Below, one piece after another: positions 55,715-63,758 of a stretch of DNA of 64,000 bases. Position numbers and translations under genes: made by a program. The notes below the pieces were generated by a model that searched no databases, was not told where the DNA came from, and saw only the letters and a program-made list of their open reading frames with translations. The stretch spans positions 29,451 through 93,450 of the forward strand of contig JAKURL010000006.1 in NCBI GenBank assembly GCA_022449345.1, read 5' to 3'. The stretch comes from Candidatus Thalassarchaeum sp. (GTDB lineage Archaea; Thermoplasmatota; Poseidoniia; Poseidoniales; Thalassarchaeaceae). The first letter of the stretch is position 1; every line of letters begins with the position of its first letter.

Positions 55715-56620
55715 TCAGCGCCTTCCACTACCTCTTCCGGGTCGGTTACTTCTCGGACCGCCACGCCCAGTGCCTCTGAATCCAGATCTGTGTGGTCGGC
55801 TGGCACTTCCTGGTGCCCGACCTCGTCCTCGTTCAGAACGACCAACTTGTGATCTAGAATTTCGACCCCCGAATCCACTTTTAGTTCTGGACTTAGCATC
55901 AGAACTAGGCTTGTCGGCTTTACACTTGTTACACTTGTCGCGGAAGGCGAAATTCGAATTTTTACACTTGGGGCAGTTCCAGTCTCCCGGTTTCTTCCCC
56001 CCGCCGTCTCTTCCATCTGAGCGGCGTTCATTTCGCCGTCCGCCTCCTCGACTGCCTTGCGGTCGGTCGGTTTCGCATCGATGGCATTTTTTACGGAACG
56101 CGAAGTTTGAATTTTTGCACTTGGGGCAGTCCCAGTCTCCAGCCTTCTGCCCAGTATTGCCTCTCCCATTTGAATTTCTTTCGTTTCTTCCTCCACCGCC
56201 CCGGGGCCGGTCGGCTTCACAGCGATTGCACTTATTGCGGAAGGCAAAATTGGAATTTTTGCACTTAGGGCAAGTCCAATCCTCGCCTTTATTCCCATCT
56301 TGTCTTCCACGTCGATCATTACGCCGGTCATCTCTGGGTGAGCGTCTTTCTCTATCCCTTCCTCTACCTTGGTTTTTCCATCGCTCTCTGGGGGCGATTT
56401 CAACCGGTGAACCTATTGCATTCGAGGATTCTATTTCCTCAGGGATTGGATGGATGTGAATCAGGGCTCGATCTACTGCGCCAATTACAGAATTCACCTT
56501 GCCGATTGGCTTTCCACCGATTATTCGTAAAGTAGCCCCAAGCCTTGGCGCACGCCCCTCAAAGGCAACTAGGAGTCCACCTTCATGCGACTCCCTCTCG
56601 ACTGTCCCTGAGAAGCTCAT
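55715..56620 (-). CDS. Gar1-like beta-barrel protein carrying three RanBP2-type zinc fingers and RGG/RG-rich linkers and tail.
   Basis: The N-terminal approximately 80 aa (GTVERESHEGGLLVAF...IGKVNSVIGAVDRALIHIHP...IGSPVEI) resemble archaeal Gar1. Three repeats of DW[TDN]CPKCKNSNFAFR[NKD]KC[NH][RK]C fit the RanBP2 ZnF consensus exactly. Low-complexity RGG segments lie between and after them. The start was set at Met17, just after the upstream gene's stop. Confidence 0.6.
   Translation of the reverse strand: MSFSGTVERESHEGGLLVAFEGRAPRLGATLRIIGGKPIGKVNSVIGAVDRALIHIHPIPEEIESSNAIGSPVEIAPRERWKNQGRGRDRERRSPRDDRRNDRRGRQDGNKGEDWTCPKCKNSNFAFRNKCNRCEADRPRGGGGRNERNSNGRGNTGQKAGDWDCPKCKNSNFAFRKKCHRCETDRPQGSRGGGRRNERRSDGRDGGGKKPGDWNCPKCKNSNFAFRDKCNKCKADKPSSDAKSRTKSGFGGRNSRSQVGRSERGRGRAPGSASRPHRSGFRGTGRGGPRSNRPGRGSGRR
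55922..56278 (-). repeat. Three tandem coding repeats (about 150-nt period), each encoding one RanBP2-type zinc finger plus an RGG linker.
   Basis: Fingers at 56219..56278, 56075..56134 and 55922..55981. The repeats create long spurious ORFs in the other frames. Confidence 0.7.
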
Positions 56621-56624
56621 AGAA

Positions 56625-58622
56625 TCAGCCGCGTCGGCCCGAGTATATGAGTGCCGCAGATGCTGCAAGAATCAGTCCAGTCAATCCCATTGAGGGTAGG
56701 ATTGACGAGTTATCACTAGGTGGTTGAGGCTCAGGTTCAGGCTCAACAAATAGGTGAGAGTTGTCTACACTGCGCTGTTGACTTACACAGAGTTCCGACT
56801 CATCGCAACCTCGAACTTCAACAATGTGAGATCCTTCTGCCCAGACTGAGAAATCGATTGGTGGTGTAGACCACATATTACCGGAGACTGTAATGCTACC
56901 AACCGACGAACCGTCTATCATTAGGCTGAAACTAACCGCTTCGCCATCGGGGTCGGAGAATTGTCCGCTCATCGACCATGTATCTCCATCCCATCCTTCT
57001 GAGTTAACGGTCATTATCGGCGCACTGCTAGCCTTTTGGATTCCTAAATCGTAGGTTGTTTGCAAAGTGTAAACTCCGTCTCCGGTAATTCTAACCGCAA
57101 CGTAAGCAGGACCAGGAACAACACCTAATGCCGCAACATCTTGAGTTATTTCGGAGTCTTGAAGCGTGTATGAGCCAGAGTATGTTCCCGCATTGCCGAA
57201 GGTTGAGGTAAATCCTATTTCTACGGATAATTCTGGCCAGCCAGCGGTTGGAGAGATTGTAATTGGATGAGGGTCTAATAAATCGGTCGAAGTTGTTGAA
57301 ATTTGGAATGGCACACCAATATTCCAAGTTCTATTACCCGACGATTGACCAGCACTGTCAATAGCCTCACAGGTGACTTCTCCTGCTTGACCCCTTGGAA
57401 CATCCATTGATAGTTCTCGTTCTGAATATGCGATGACTAATCCAGCGTCACCTCGACAATTGACATCAAGACTCGAGACTCCCGCCTCGTCGACAAACCA
57501 ATTTTGGATATCATTCCAGTTTGCAATTATCTGTGAGCCTCCGCTCGCGCGAGGAAACCATGCACCATCAGCAGGGGCGTTTTCAGTCCATACTGGTGGC
57601 TCATCTACAGGAATTGGAGCAGTGGTAAAGTCGGCGAACAAATCTTCACCGATCGGCCATTGAGGCATGTCTGGATAGAAGGAGTAAGTCAGGCTACCAT
57701 CTTCATTCTCAATGATTTCGTAAGTGCTAGAACCGTCTCCAACGCAACTACCTCGTAGTGGGGCAACACCAGCAAAATCACCCATATCCGCCTGCACATC
57801 TCGTCCCTCACATTCTTCCCACATATCTAGACGCAATCCCTCGGTAATCGGGAATATTATGTGGTACTCAGCACCACTCATGTTAGAGGCGTTGTAGGTG
57901 AAGGTGAACTCGCTAGGATCATTGATGTTTGAGATTGTCAAGGTCGCATTAAGCCAGAGTATCAACCGACACTCATCTTGTCCACTTGAGGCATCAACTT
58001 CTGTATCACAATCTCGTTCATTGTTAGGGTATACTGGTACCTCGTAGCAATCGCTGCTACTACCAATACCTGAACACTCTCTGGATTGTGAATGTCGAGG
58101 TGGCACTAGATTCCATTCTTCGACTAGAACTTCATCCTCAGTCCAAGTGATATTCTTCCAATCTGTCCCCTCTCCACCTCTGTGAGGACTACCATCGCGC
58201 ATCCCCATTCTTGTCAGAGTATATTGTACGCACTCGGAAGCGATGGCTCTGACTCCTTCTCTCTCGTCGGTGGAAATCCATTCATCATCACCGCTGGGGT
58301 AAACCGCTGCGATGTATTCATCTAGGCTATGTCTGACATCATCCGCAAGGGTTTCATTGACCCATGCTACCGCTTGTACTTCGGCTGAAGCCCAATCATT
58401 CGCAACATGAATATTGAATATCGCTCGGGTATATTCGAACATATCTTCAAATGTTATCGTGCTACATTGTTCCTCCAGAGTAGGACCATCTGGGCCAAGC
58501 TGTTCTCGTCGCTCCTGAGATTCATCTAGACCACCTTCGTGACTACTAATTGGCATCCAAGAAATCATCATTGCAAACATAGTCATCAGCACAGCGATTC
58601 GTAGTGCGCCTTCCCGACTCAT
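56625..58622 (-). CDS. Secreted/surface protein with an N-terminal signal peptide and a C-terminal TM anchor (hypothetical).
   Basis: MSREGALRIAVLMTMFAMMISW signal/anchor. C-terminal LTGLILAASAALIYSGRRG. Cys-rich extracellular region. Confidence 0.45.
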   Translation of the reverse strand: MSREGALRIAVLMTMFAMMISWMPISSHEGGLDESQERREQLGPDGPTLEEQCSTITFEDMFEYTRAIFNIHVANDWASAEVQAVAWVNETLADDVRHSLDEYIAAVYPSGDDEWISTDEREGVRAIASECVQYTLTRMGMRDGSPHRGGEGTDWKNITWTEDEVLVEEWNLVPPRHSQSRECSGIGSSSDCYEVPVYPNNERDCDTEVDASSGQDECRLILWLNATLTISNINDPSEFTFTYNASNMSGAEYHIIFPITEGLRLDMWEECEGRDVQADMGDFAGVAPLRGSCVGDGSSTYEIIENEDGSLTYSFYPDMPQWPIGEDLFADFTTAPIPVDEPPVWTENAPADGAWFPRASGGSQIIANWNDIQNWFVDEAGVSSLDVNCRGDAGLVIAYSERELSMDVPRGQAGEVTCEAIDSAGQSSGNRTWNIGVPFQISTTSTDLLDPHPITISPTAGWPELSVEIGFTSTFGNAGTYSGSYTLQDSEITQDVAALGVVPGPAYVAVRITGDGVYTLQTTYDLGIQKASSAPIMTVNSEGWDGDTWSMSGQFSDPDGEAVSFSLMIDGSSVGSITVSGNMWSTPPIDFSVWAEGSHIVEVRGCDESELCVSQQRSVDNSHLFVEPEPEPQPPSDNSSILPSMGLTGLILAASAALIYSGRRG

Positions 58623-58723
58623 TACGATAGTCGAAAAGGCCTCACACGATATTGCTATCGGCGGAACAAATATCGCTATTTTTCTAGAAAATACCTCATT
58701 TAGACACTAGTAAACATTCGGAA

Positions 58724-58740
58724 TTTAGGGCAACCTAAAA
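58724..58740 (+). promoter_or_regulatory. Palindromic site 1, TTTAGGGCAACCTAAAA, in the divergent region upstream of the phosphonate-type ABC operon.
   Basis: TTTAGG/CCTAAA inverted halves. A second copy sits 44 nt downstream. Confidence 0.4.
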
Positions 58741-58767
58741 TAGATAAGGGAGACTACTCCCGGAAAG

Positions 58768-58784
58768 TTTAGGGAAGCCTAAAA
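58768..58784 (+). promoter_or_regulatory. Palindromic site 2, TTTAGGGAAGCCTAAAA, abutting the ATG of the substrate-binding protein gene.
   Basis: Same half-sites as site 1; it ends 1 nt before the start codon. Confidence 0.4.
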
Positions 58785-59861
58785 ATGACGAGGAACAAGC
58801 TAATAGCAAGCACACTGATTGGAATTATACTCTTTTCAACCTTGGCAGGTTGTTTGGAGTCGGAAGAAGATGAAAAGGTGATAAAAATCGCTTTCAAAAC
58901 ACAGGATGATTATGAAAATCCTGCAGTAAATCCACAAATTTTGGCTGATTATATTGCAGACAAATCTGGATACAAAGTTGAACTATATCCAATAGACTCA
59001 GATATTGCAGCAATCGAGGCATTACGCTTTGGCCATGCCGACATTGCATTCCTTGACGGAGGTTCGGCTTGGATAGCATGGAAGCAGCATGGCCTAGACG
59101 CTATAATTGCAGATCAGAAAGACGATGGTAGCACATTCTATACCGCGCAGGCATGGGTTCTTGCTGATTCTGAAATTCAAACACTTGAAGATCTCGAAGG
59201 AAAAGATTCCTGCCACACTGGGTGGTTGAAATCTGCAGGTATGCTTATGCCGATGGGCTACATGATTAACAACGGAATCGTAGAGGTTTCAGGTGATGAA
59301 AATGATATTTCTTCACTTAGAACTACAATCGAAGCACATTTTGGGGATGCTTCCATTCCAGAGAAGGGAGATTTGTATTACAGTTACAGTGGGGCCTTCC
59401 GTTGCATGACTGAAGGGGTAGGAGATGTTGCATTTGGAAAGTCGACGTCCTACGAAGACCATTGTGAGGGTAATGATTGGTGCCTAGAGAGAGAAAGCTA
59501 TCGGCCACTAGAACCTGCTTTTGGACAAGTTCCAAGTCATCCTGTAATGGTCAACAAGGAAACAACAAGTCAGGAAGTGATAGATGTAATCATTTCCTCA
59601 TTTTTAGAAATGAATAATGAAATGTGGGTAGAAAATTATTCTATGGGTGGTCAAACTTTCACAGGCTGTTACAATACTCAAACACACGAACTTAACAATA
59701 CAATTACAAAGGACTCCTGTGGTGGTGAAATTTTAGAAAATATTCTGAATACACCAGCTATTTCTCAGGTAGATACCGAGGAACACCTTGGTTCATATAG
59801 TGATGCAATCGGGGCAATTCCAGGAATCGCTGCATACTTCGACGACAAGTACAGTTCGTAA
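58785..59861 (+). CDS. phnD: ABC transporter substrate-binding protein, phosphonate/phosphite (PhnD/SsuA/transferrin-like) family, with a lipoprotein-type N-terminus.
   Basis: Signal peptide plus AGC lipobox-like N-terminus. It sits in an operon with a PhnC-like ATPase and a PhnE-like permease. Confidence 0.65.
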   Translation: MTRNKLIASTLIGIILFSTLAGCLESEEDEKVIKIAFKTQDDYENPAVNPQILADYIADKSGYKVELYPIDSDIAAIEALRFGHADIAFLDGGSAWIAWKQHGLDAIIADQKDDGSTFYTAQAWVLADSEIQTLEDLEGKDSCHTGWLKSAGMLMPMGYMINNGIVEVSGDENDISSLRTTIEAHFGDASIPEKGDLYYSYSGAFRCMTEGVGDVAFGKSTSYEDHCEGNDWCLERESYRPLEPAFGQVPSHPVMVNKETTSQEVIDVIISSFLEMNNEMWVENYSMGGQTFTGCYNTQTHELNNTITKDSCGGEILENILNTPAISQVDTEEHLGSYSDAIGAIPGIAAYFDDKYSS

Positions 59862-59891
59862 GTAGAACAAATTCTGGATAGGGGAGATGAA

Positions 59892-60626
59892 ATGACAACT
59901 CAACCCCCAGTCCGCCTAAATATGGCAAATGTTACGATTGGTTTCAACCAAGAAGAACCTCTTATCGAATGTGTAGACTTAGAAATAAGAGCGGGAGAAA
60001 TCGTTGGCCTAACCGGAAGATCTGGAATTGGAAAGACAACACTTCTTCGTACTGCAGCTGGCCTAGTGCGTCCACTTTCGGGCTCGGTTGAATGCTGCTG
60101 TACGGCCGATACTAGGGCTGAGAAGGGGGCAATTGGTCTGATACCACAGAGGTTGGGATTGGTTCAGCATCAAACCGTTGGCTACAATGTCTTGATGGGA
60201 GCTTTAGCAGAAGCTAACTTACTTCAGACCGCTCTCTCACTTCCGAGTAAGAAGATGAGAGAGGAAACACGTTCGGTAATAGAAGAGGTGGGTTTGGCTG
60301 ACAAAACCATGGAATCTGTCAATCGACTATCTGGTGGGCAACAGAGGAGAGTTGCAATCGCTCGAGCGATGTTGCAAGAACCAGATTTGCTACTTGCCGA
60401 CGAGTGTCTTGGAGAATTGGACGCAGAAACCGCGAGAGGAATCATCGAATTATTCCAACACATGGCCAAGGACCACAATATGGCTATACTAATTGTCGAC
60501 CACAATCCGGTTCGAGCCAAAACCTTCTGCGACAGAGTATACCAATTGAGAGGAAGGCGATTAATTCCGTTCGAAGAAGAGCAATCGTCTCCAGCACTTC
60601 CTGTAATTGGGGAGGCATCTGCTTGA
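59892..60626 (+). CDS. phnC: ABC transporter ATP-binding protein (PhnC-like).
   Basis: Walker A GRSGIGKTT, signature LSGGQQRRVAIARA, and Walker B LLLADE. Confidence 0.8.
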   Translation: MTTQPPVRLNMANVTIGFNQEEPLIECVDLEIRAGEIVGLTGRSGIGKTTLLRTAAGLVRPLSGSVECCCTADTRAEKGAIGLIPQRLGLVQHQTVGYNVLMGALAEANLLQTALSLPSKKMREETRSVIEEVGLADKTMESVNRLSGGQQRRVAIARAMLQEPDLLLADECLGELDAETARGIIELFQHMAKDHNMAILIVDHNPVRAKTFCDRVYQLRGRRLIPFEEEQSSPALPVIGEASA

Positions 60627-61543
60627 ATGATAGATTCTCCAATACGATTAGACAAATTATCCGTCGACCAATACTTAGGAAGTTGATATTGCTAGGAATT
60701 ATCACGGTTATAGTGACTAATCATCTACAGATAACCATTTGGAAATTACTCGATGGTTGGAACAATCTGCAAAAGTTGGGATCAGAAGCATTTCCACCTG
60801 ACTTTACAGTACTAACTGAAAGGGCAGGATGGACTCATCCACCTTGCACTTTCGAATCAGATGTTTTGTGTAGCCCAGCGGTAGTCGGCATGACTCAGAC
60901 GCTTGAGATAGCATTCCTTTCAACAGTCTTCGGAATGTTGCTCTCACTTCCACTTGCTGCTATGGCTGCTTCCAATCTCTCTCCATATTGGTTATCTCAA
61001 TCTGTTAGACAATTACTCGCTGCGATGAGGGTGCTTCCATCGCTAATTTGGGCTTTGATATTCGTCATTGTTGTGGGTATAGGACCACTTGCAGGAGTTC
61101 TTGCAATGACCATGTATACGGTTGGATATTTGGGTAAATTGCAGTACGAGGCCTTAGAGGGAGTCAGCAAAGAGCCATTGGAAGTCGCTCGTGCAATGGG
61201 TTTGCCACGTTGGCAGGTGGCACGTTTTTTCGCAATACCAGAGGCTAGCAATGCTCTGATTAGTCAAGCACTATTCATGTTCGAATACAATGTACGTCAT
61301 GGCTCAGTAATCGGATTGGTAGGTGCAGGTGGAATTGGCTGGTACATGAACCACTATCTTTCACCATTCCAACTCTACGACAAGGTTCTGGCCTTAATTA
61401 TCGTCATGTTCGTTGTCGTTGTTATTATTGATCAGATTTCCTTGAGTATTCGACAACGATTCATGGACGGAGAAACACACCCACAAAGAGCTCGTTGGCG
61501 CGATATAATACCATTCTTCAAGATTCGAGAGGTGCGAAATTGA
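60623..61543 (+). CDS. phnE: ABC transporter permease (PhnE-like).
   Basis: ETL..A..GT...LP.A..AA.N region (MTQTLEIAFLSTVFGMLLSLPLAAMAASN) and the PhnE hallmark GLVGAGGIG. There is no in-frame ATG before TM1. The proposed start is a TTG at 60623, preceded by GGGGAGG and overlapping the phnC stop (TTGA). The ORF track's longest frame starts at 60404. Confidence 0.65.
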   Translation: MNDRFSNTIRQIIRRPILRKLILLGIITVIVTNHLQITIWKLLDGWNNLQKLGSEAFPPDFTVLTERAGWTHPPCTFESDVLCSPAVVGMTQTLEIAFLSTVFGMLLSLPLAAMAASNLSPYWLSQSVRQLLAAMRVLPSLIWALIFVIVVGIGPLAGVLAMTMYTVGYLGKLQYEALEGVSKEPLEVARAMGLPRWQVARFFAIPEASNALISQALFMFEYNVRHGSVIGLVGAGGIGWYMNHYLSPFQLYDKVLALIIVMFVVVVIIDQISLSIRQRFMDGETHPQRARWRDIIPFFKIREVRN

Positions 61544-62460
61544 ATCGTTGGAAAAAAGTACTCGTAGCCATCGTGTGTGCAACTATTCTTGGTTCGGGAT
61601 ATTGGTATCACCTGGTAACTTCTTATGAGTCGGAATTAGGAACAACGAACACCTTTGTAATCAGAGATGCTGAATCTTCAGTATCAAATGCCACCAATGA
61701 TAGCTTGTTATTTCTGGAGTTTGATAGTGGGTTTGACCAACTCGAATGGACTTATACTACAGTCTCGATTTCTCAAGGTAGCAATGTGCATGATTGTACA
61801 TTGGGCGGTCTGACATCTGTTCAGCAACAAAGCGGGAAAGTGCAAAGCAAATTGAATGCAGACAGTCAAACATTCACACTATTGGTTGATGCAACATCTG
61901 AAACTTCCTTCACTAAATTTTCACTAGACACCATGAGTGAATCGACAACCTCAAATTTTTCACTACGTTTTTCCAAAACCGATATTTTTCTTGCAGACCA
62001 TTTGTCTTGGTTTGTTGTTGAAGATATAGAATATAATCAGTTGAGTGAAGTTCCTGAGGGTAATGTTAGCGATGAAAATTCAGAGGGTTTGAATTGGTAT
62101 GAATATGATATATCTACGCATAGGGTAGAATCACTTGACCAGATATACATCGTTGATGACGGTTCCACAATTTACAAGATTCAATTTCTGAGTTATTACA
62201 ATCAAGAGGACGAATCTCGCCACATCACCTTCATTGCATCTTGGTTGGCAGGAGATTCAATCGCTGCAATAAACGATCCAAATTTGGTGAAAATATCCCC
62301 TTGTATCATCGTTGATGATAATCTAGTCTGGTCGCTTTCTGAATCAATCTTAATTTATGAAAATGGATACCAGATTTGTCAGTTTAGTTGCCAACTAGAG
62401 GTTGTTGTGAGATTTGAGAATGTCAAAGTCAAGGGCGATAAAAGCATTGAGTTACATTGA
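61540..62460 (+). CDS. Hypothetical membrane-anchored protein, probably co-transcribed with phnDCE.
   Basis: N-terminal TM helix VLVAIVCATILGSGYWY. Proposed TTG start at 61540, preceded by AGAGGTG and overlapping the phnE stop (TTGA). The longest ORF starts at 61495. Confidence 0.35.
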   Translation: MNRWKKVLVAIVCATILGSGYWYHLVTSYESELGTTNTFVIRDAESSVSNATNDSLLFLEFDSGFDQLEWTYTTVSISQGSNVHDCTLGGLTSVQQQSGKVQSKLNADSQTFTLLVDATSETSFTKFSLDTMSESTTSNFSLRFSKTDIFLADHLSWFVVEDIEYNQLSEVPEGNVSDENSEGLNWYEYDISTHRVESLDQIYIVDDGSTIYKIQFLSYYNQEDESRHITFIASWLAGDSIAAINDPNLVKISPCIIVDDNLVWSLSESILIYENGYQICQFSCQLEVVVRFENVKVKGDKSIELH

Positions 62461-62464
62461 GTAA

Positions 62465-63475
62465 TTAGGCTTCATATGCTTCCACCATTCGGCGAATAGC
62501 ACTAGAGACCTCTTCTTTCCCTTCAAGTAAATCGCCTAGGGCCATAATGAATGGAACATCGATTTCCAACCTACTGGCTCGGTTGAGGAACATTCTGGTA
62601 GCCCTAACACCCTCAGCCACCATGTGCATCTCTGAAAGTGCTTGTTCGAGGGATTTTCCAGAGCCAAGCTTCTCCCCTAGAGTTCGGTTTCTCGAGCGTG
62701 GGCTGGTTGCTGTAACATATAGGTCACCAATACCAGCAGGTCCGAAAGCAGTGCCGGCGTTTGCGCCCATTGCATCTAGCAGAACGAGTCCTTCAGAGAA
62801 TCCTGCTAGAACCAAAGCCGCCTTGAGATTGTCACCACCGATTCCATCTCTCAAACCATCGACTAGACCACAAGCAAGGGCTACTGTATTCTTGTAAGCC
62901 CCCCATAATTCTGCACCTTCAACGTCGTTGGTTGCAGTTAGTACCAAAGTTTCCGTCGAGAGTCGCTCTGCGATTCTATCTGCTACCGATCGGTCATGGC
63001 AGGCAACCAGAGCTGTTGTCATAACACCTCGAGCGACTTCGGGAGCGATTGTTGGTCCGGTCAATACCACAACAGGATTTGCCTTTCCATTAGCAGATAG
63101 TCTAGACTCAATCTCTTGAGAAATCATTCCAGATTCACTCTCAGCGGTCGGAGCCAATCCTTTGGCTAAGTCGATTAGAACATGTGAAGGGCGAAGAAGC
63201 GGAATTAGGTCATTCACGACAGATAGAATAACGCTGCTTGGAAGTGCTAGGACAAGAATCTCACAGGTATCGGTCAGGTCAGATAATTCCATTGTAGAAT
63301 CAAGATTAGGAATCTCGTGTTCTGGAAGGTACTTTTCATTGATATTCGTAGTCATCAAAGACTCGTATACTTCTGATTCGATTGTCCAACCCATGACGTT
63401 GTGGCCGTCTTCACACCAGATCTTTGCAAGGGCAGTACCCCAGTTGCCAAGGCCAAGAATACCTATGCGAGCCAT
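62465..63475 (-). CDS. gpsA: NAD(P)H-dependent glycerol-3-phosphate dehydrogenase.
   Basis: MARIGILGLGNWGTALA Rossmann N-terminus and a GpsA-like C-terminus. The longer ORF (to 63739) would run through tRNA-Leu, so the start was set at the Met at 63475. Confidence 0.85.
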   Translation of the reverse strand: MARIGILGLGNWGTALAKIWCEDGHNVMGWTIESEVYESLMTTNINEKYLPEHEIPNLDSTMELSDLTDTCEILVLALPSSVILSVVNDLIPLLRPSHVLIDLAKGLAPTAESESGMISQEIESRLSANGKANPVVVLTGPTIAPEVARGVMTTALVACHDRSVADRIAERLSTETLVLTATNDVEGAELWGAYKNTVALACGLVDGLRDGIGGDNLKAALVLAGFSEGLVLLDAMGANAGTAFGPAGIGDLYVTATSPRSRNRTLGEKLGSGKSLEQALSEMHMVAEGVRATRMFLNRASRLEIDVPFIMALGDLLEGKEEVSSAIRRMVEAYEA

Positions 63476-63579
63476 GTGCACCCCAGAATCACTTCGCCTA
63501 ATGCACCCGTTATGACCCCTTTGGGGCGAGAACTGACTACCGTTGGATTCTTGATGTCGAGTTTGCGGCCGAGGGTTAA

Positions 63580-63664
63580 GCAGGGGTTCCCGAGCGGTCA
63601 AAGGGGCTGGGTTTAGGTCCCAGTGCGTAGTGCTTCGCAGGTTCAAATCCTGTCCCCTGCACCA
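63580..63664 (+). tRNA. tRNA-Leu (anticodon TAG), type II with a long variable arm and encoded CCA.
   Basis: Acceptor GCAGGGG/CCCCUGC. Anticodon stem CUGGG/CCCAG with loop UUUAGGU. T-arm GCAGG-UUCAAAU-CCUGU. 3' end ACCA. Confidence 0.8.
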
Positions 63665-63758
63665 CTTTTTCATAACACAGAAGCCATAATGCAAGGTGCC
63701 CCTACCGATAGCCGTGGAAGACACGATATCGGGATTCAAATTTGAGTCCCGTCATAAA

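Noticed and set aside
55922-56278. A CRISPR array, suggested by the regularly spaced repeats.
   Set aside because: The repeats are about 150 nt, are in frame, and encode zinc fingers. They have no short direct-repeat and spacer organisation. No CRISPR array was seen anywhere in the window.
55636-56459. Long ORFs 55636..56403 on the minus strand and 55704..56459 on the plus strand, overlapping the ZnF-RGG gene.
   Set aside because: They translate to low-complexity P/R/L-rich strings with no conserved features. They exist only because of the repeat structure and composition of the real gene in the third frame.
63476-63739. An 88-aa N-terminal extension of the gpsA ORF (longest ORF 62465..63739).
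   Set aside because: The extension runs through the tRNA-Leu gene (63580..63664). The canonical Rossmann N-terminus MARIGILGLGNWG starts at 63475. The extension is a long-ORF artefact.
63725-63755. tRNA-like fragment CGGGATTCAAATTTGAGTCCCG downstream of tRNA-Leu, as a possible att-site duplicate.
   Set aside because: The loop between the CGGGA and TCCCG arms is 12 nt, not the 7-nt T-loop. No acceptor-stem duplicate and no integrase gene are nearby.
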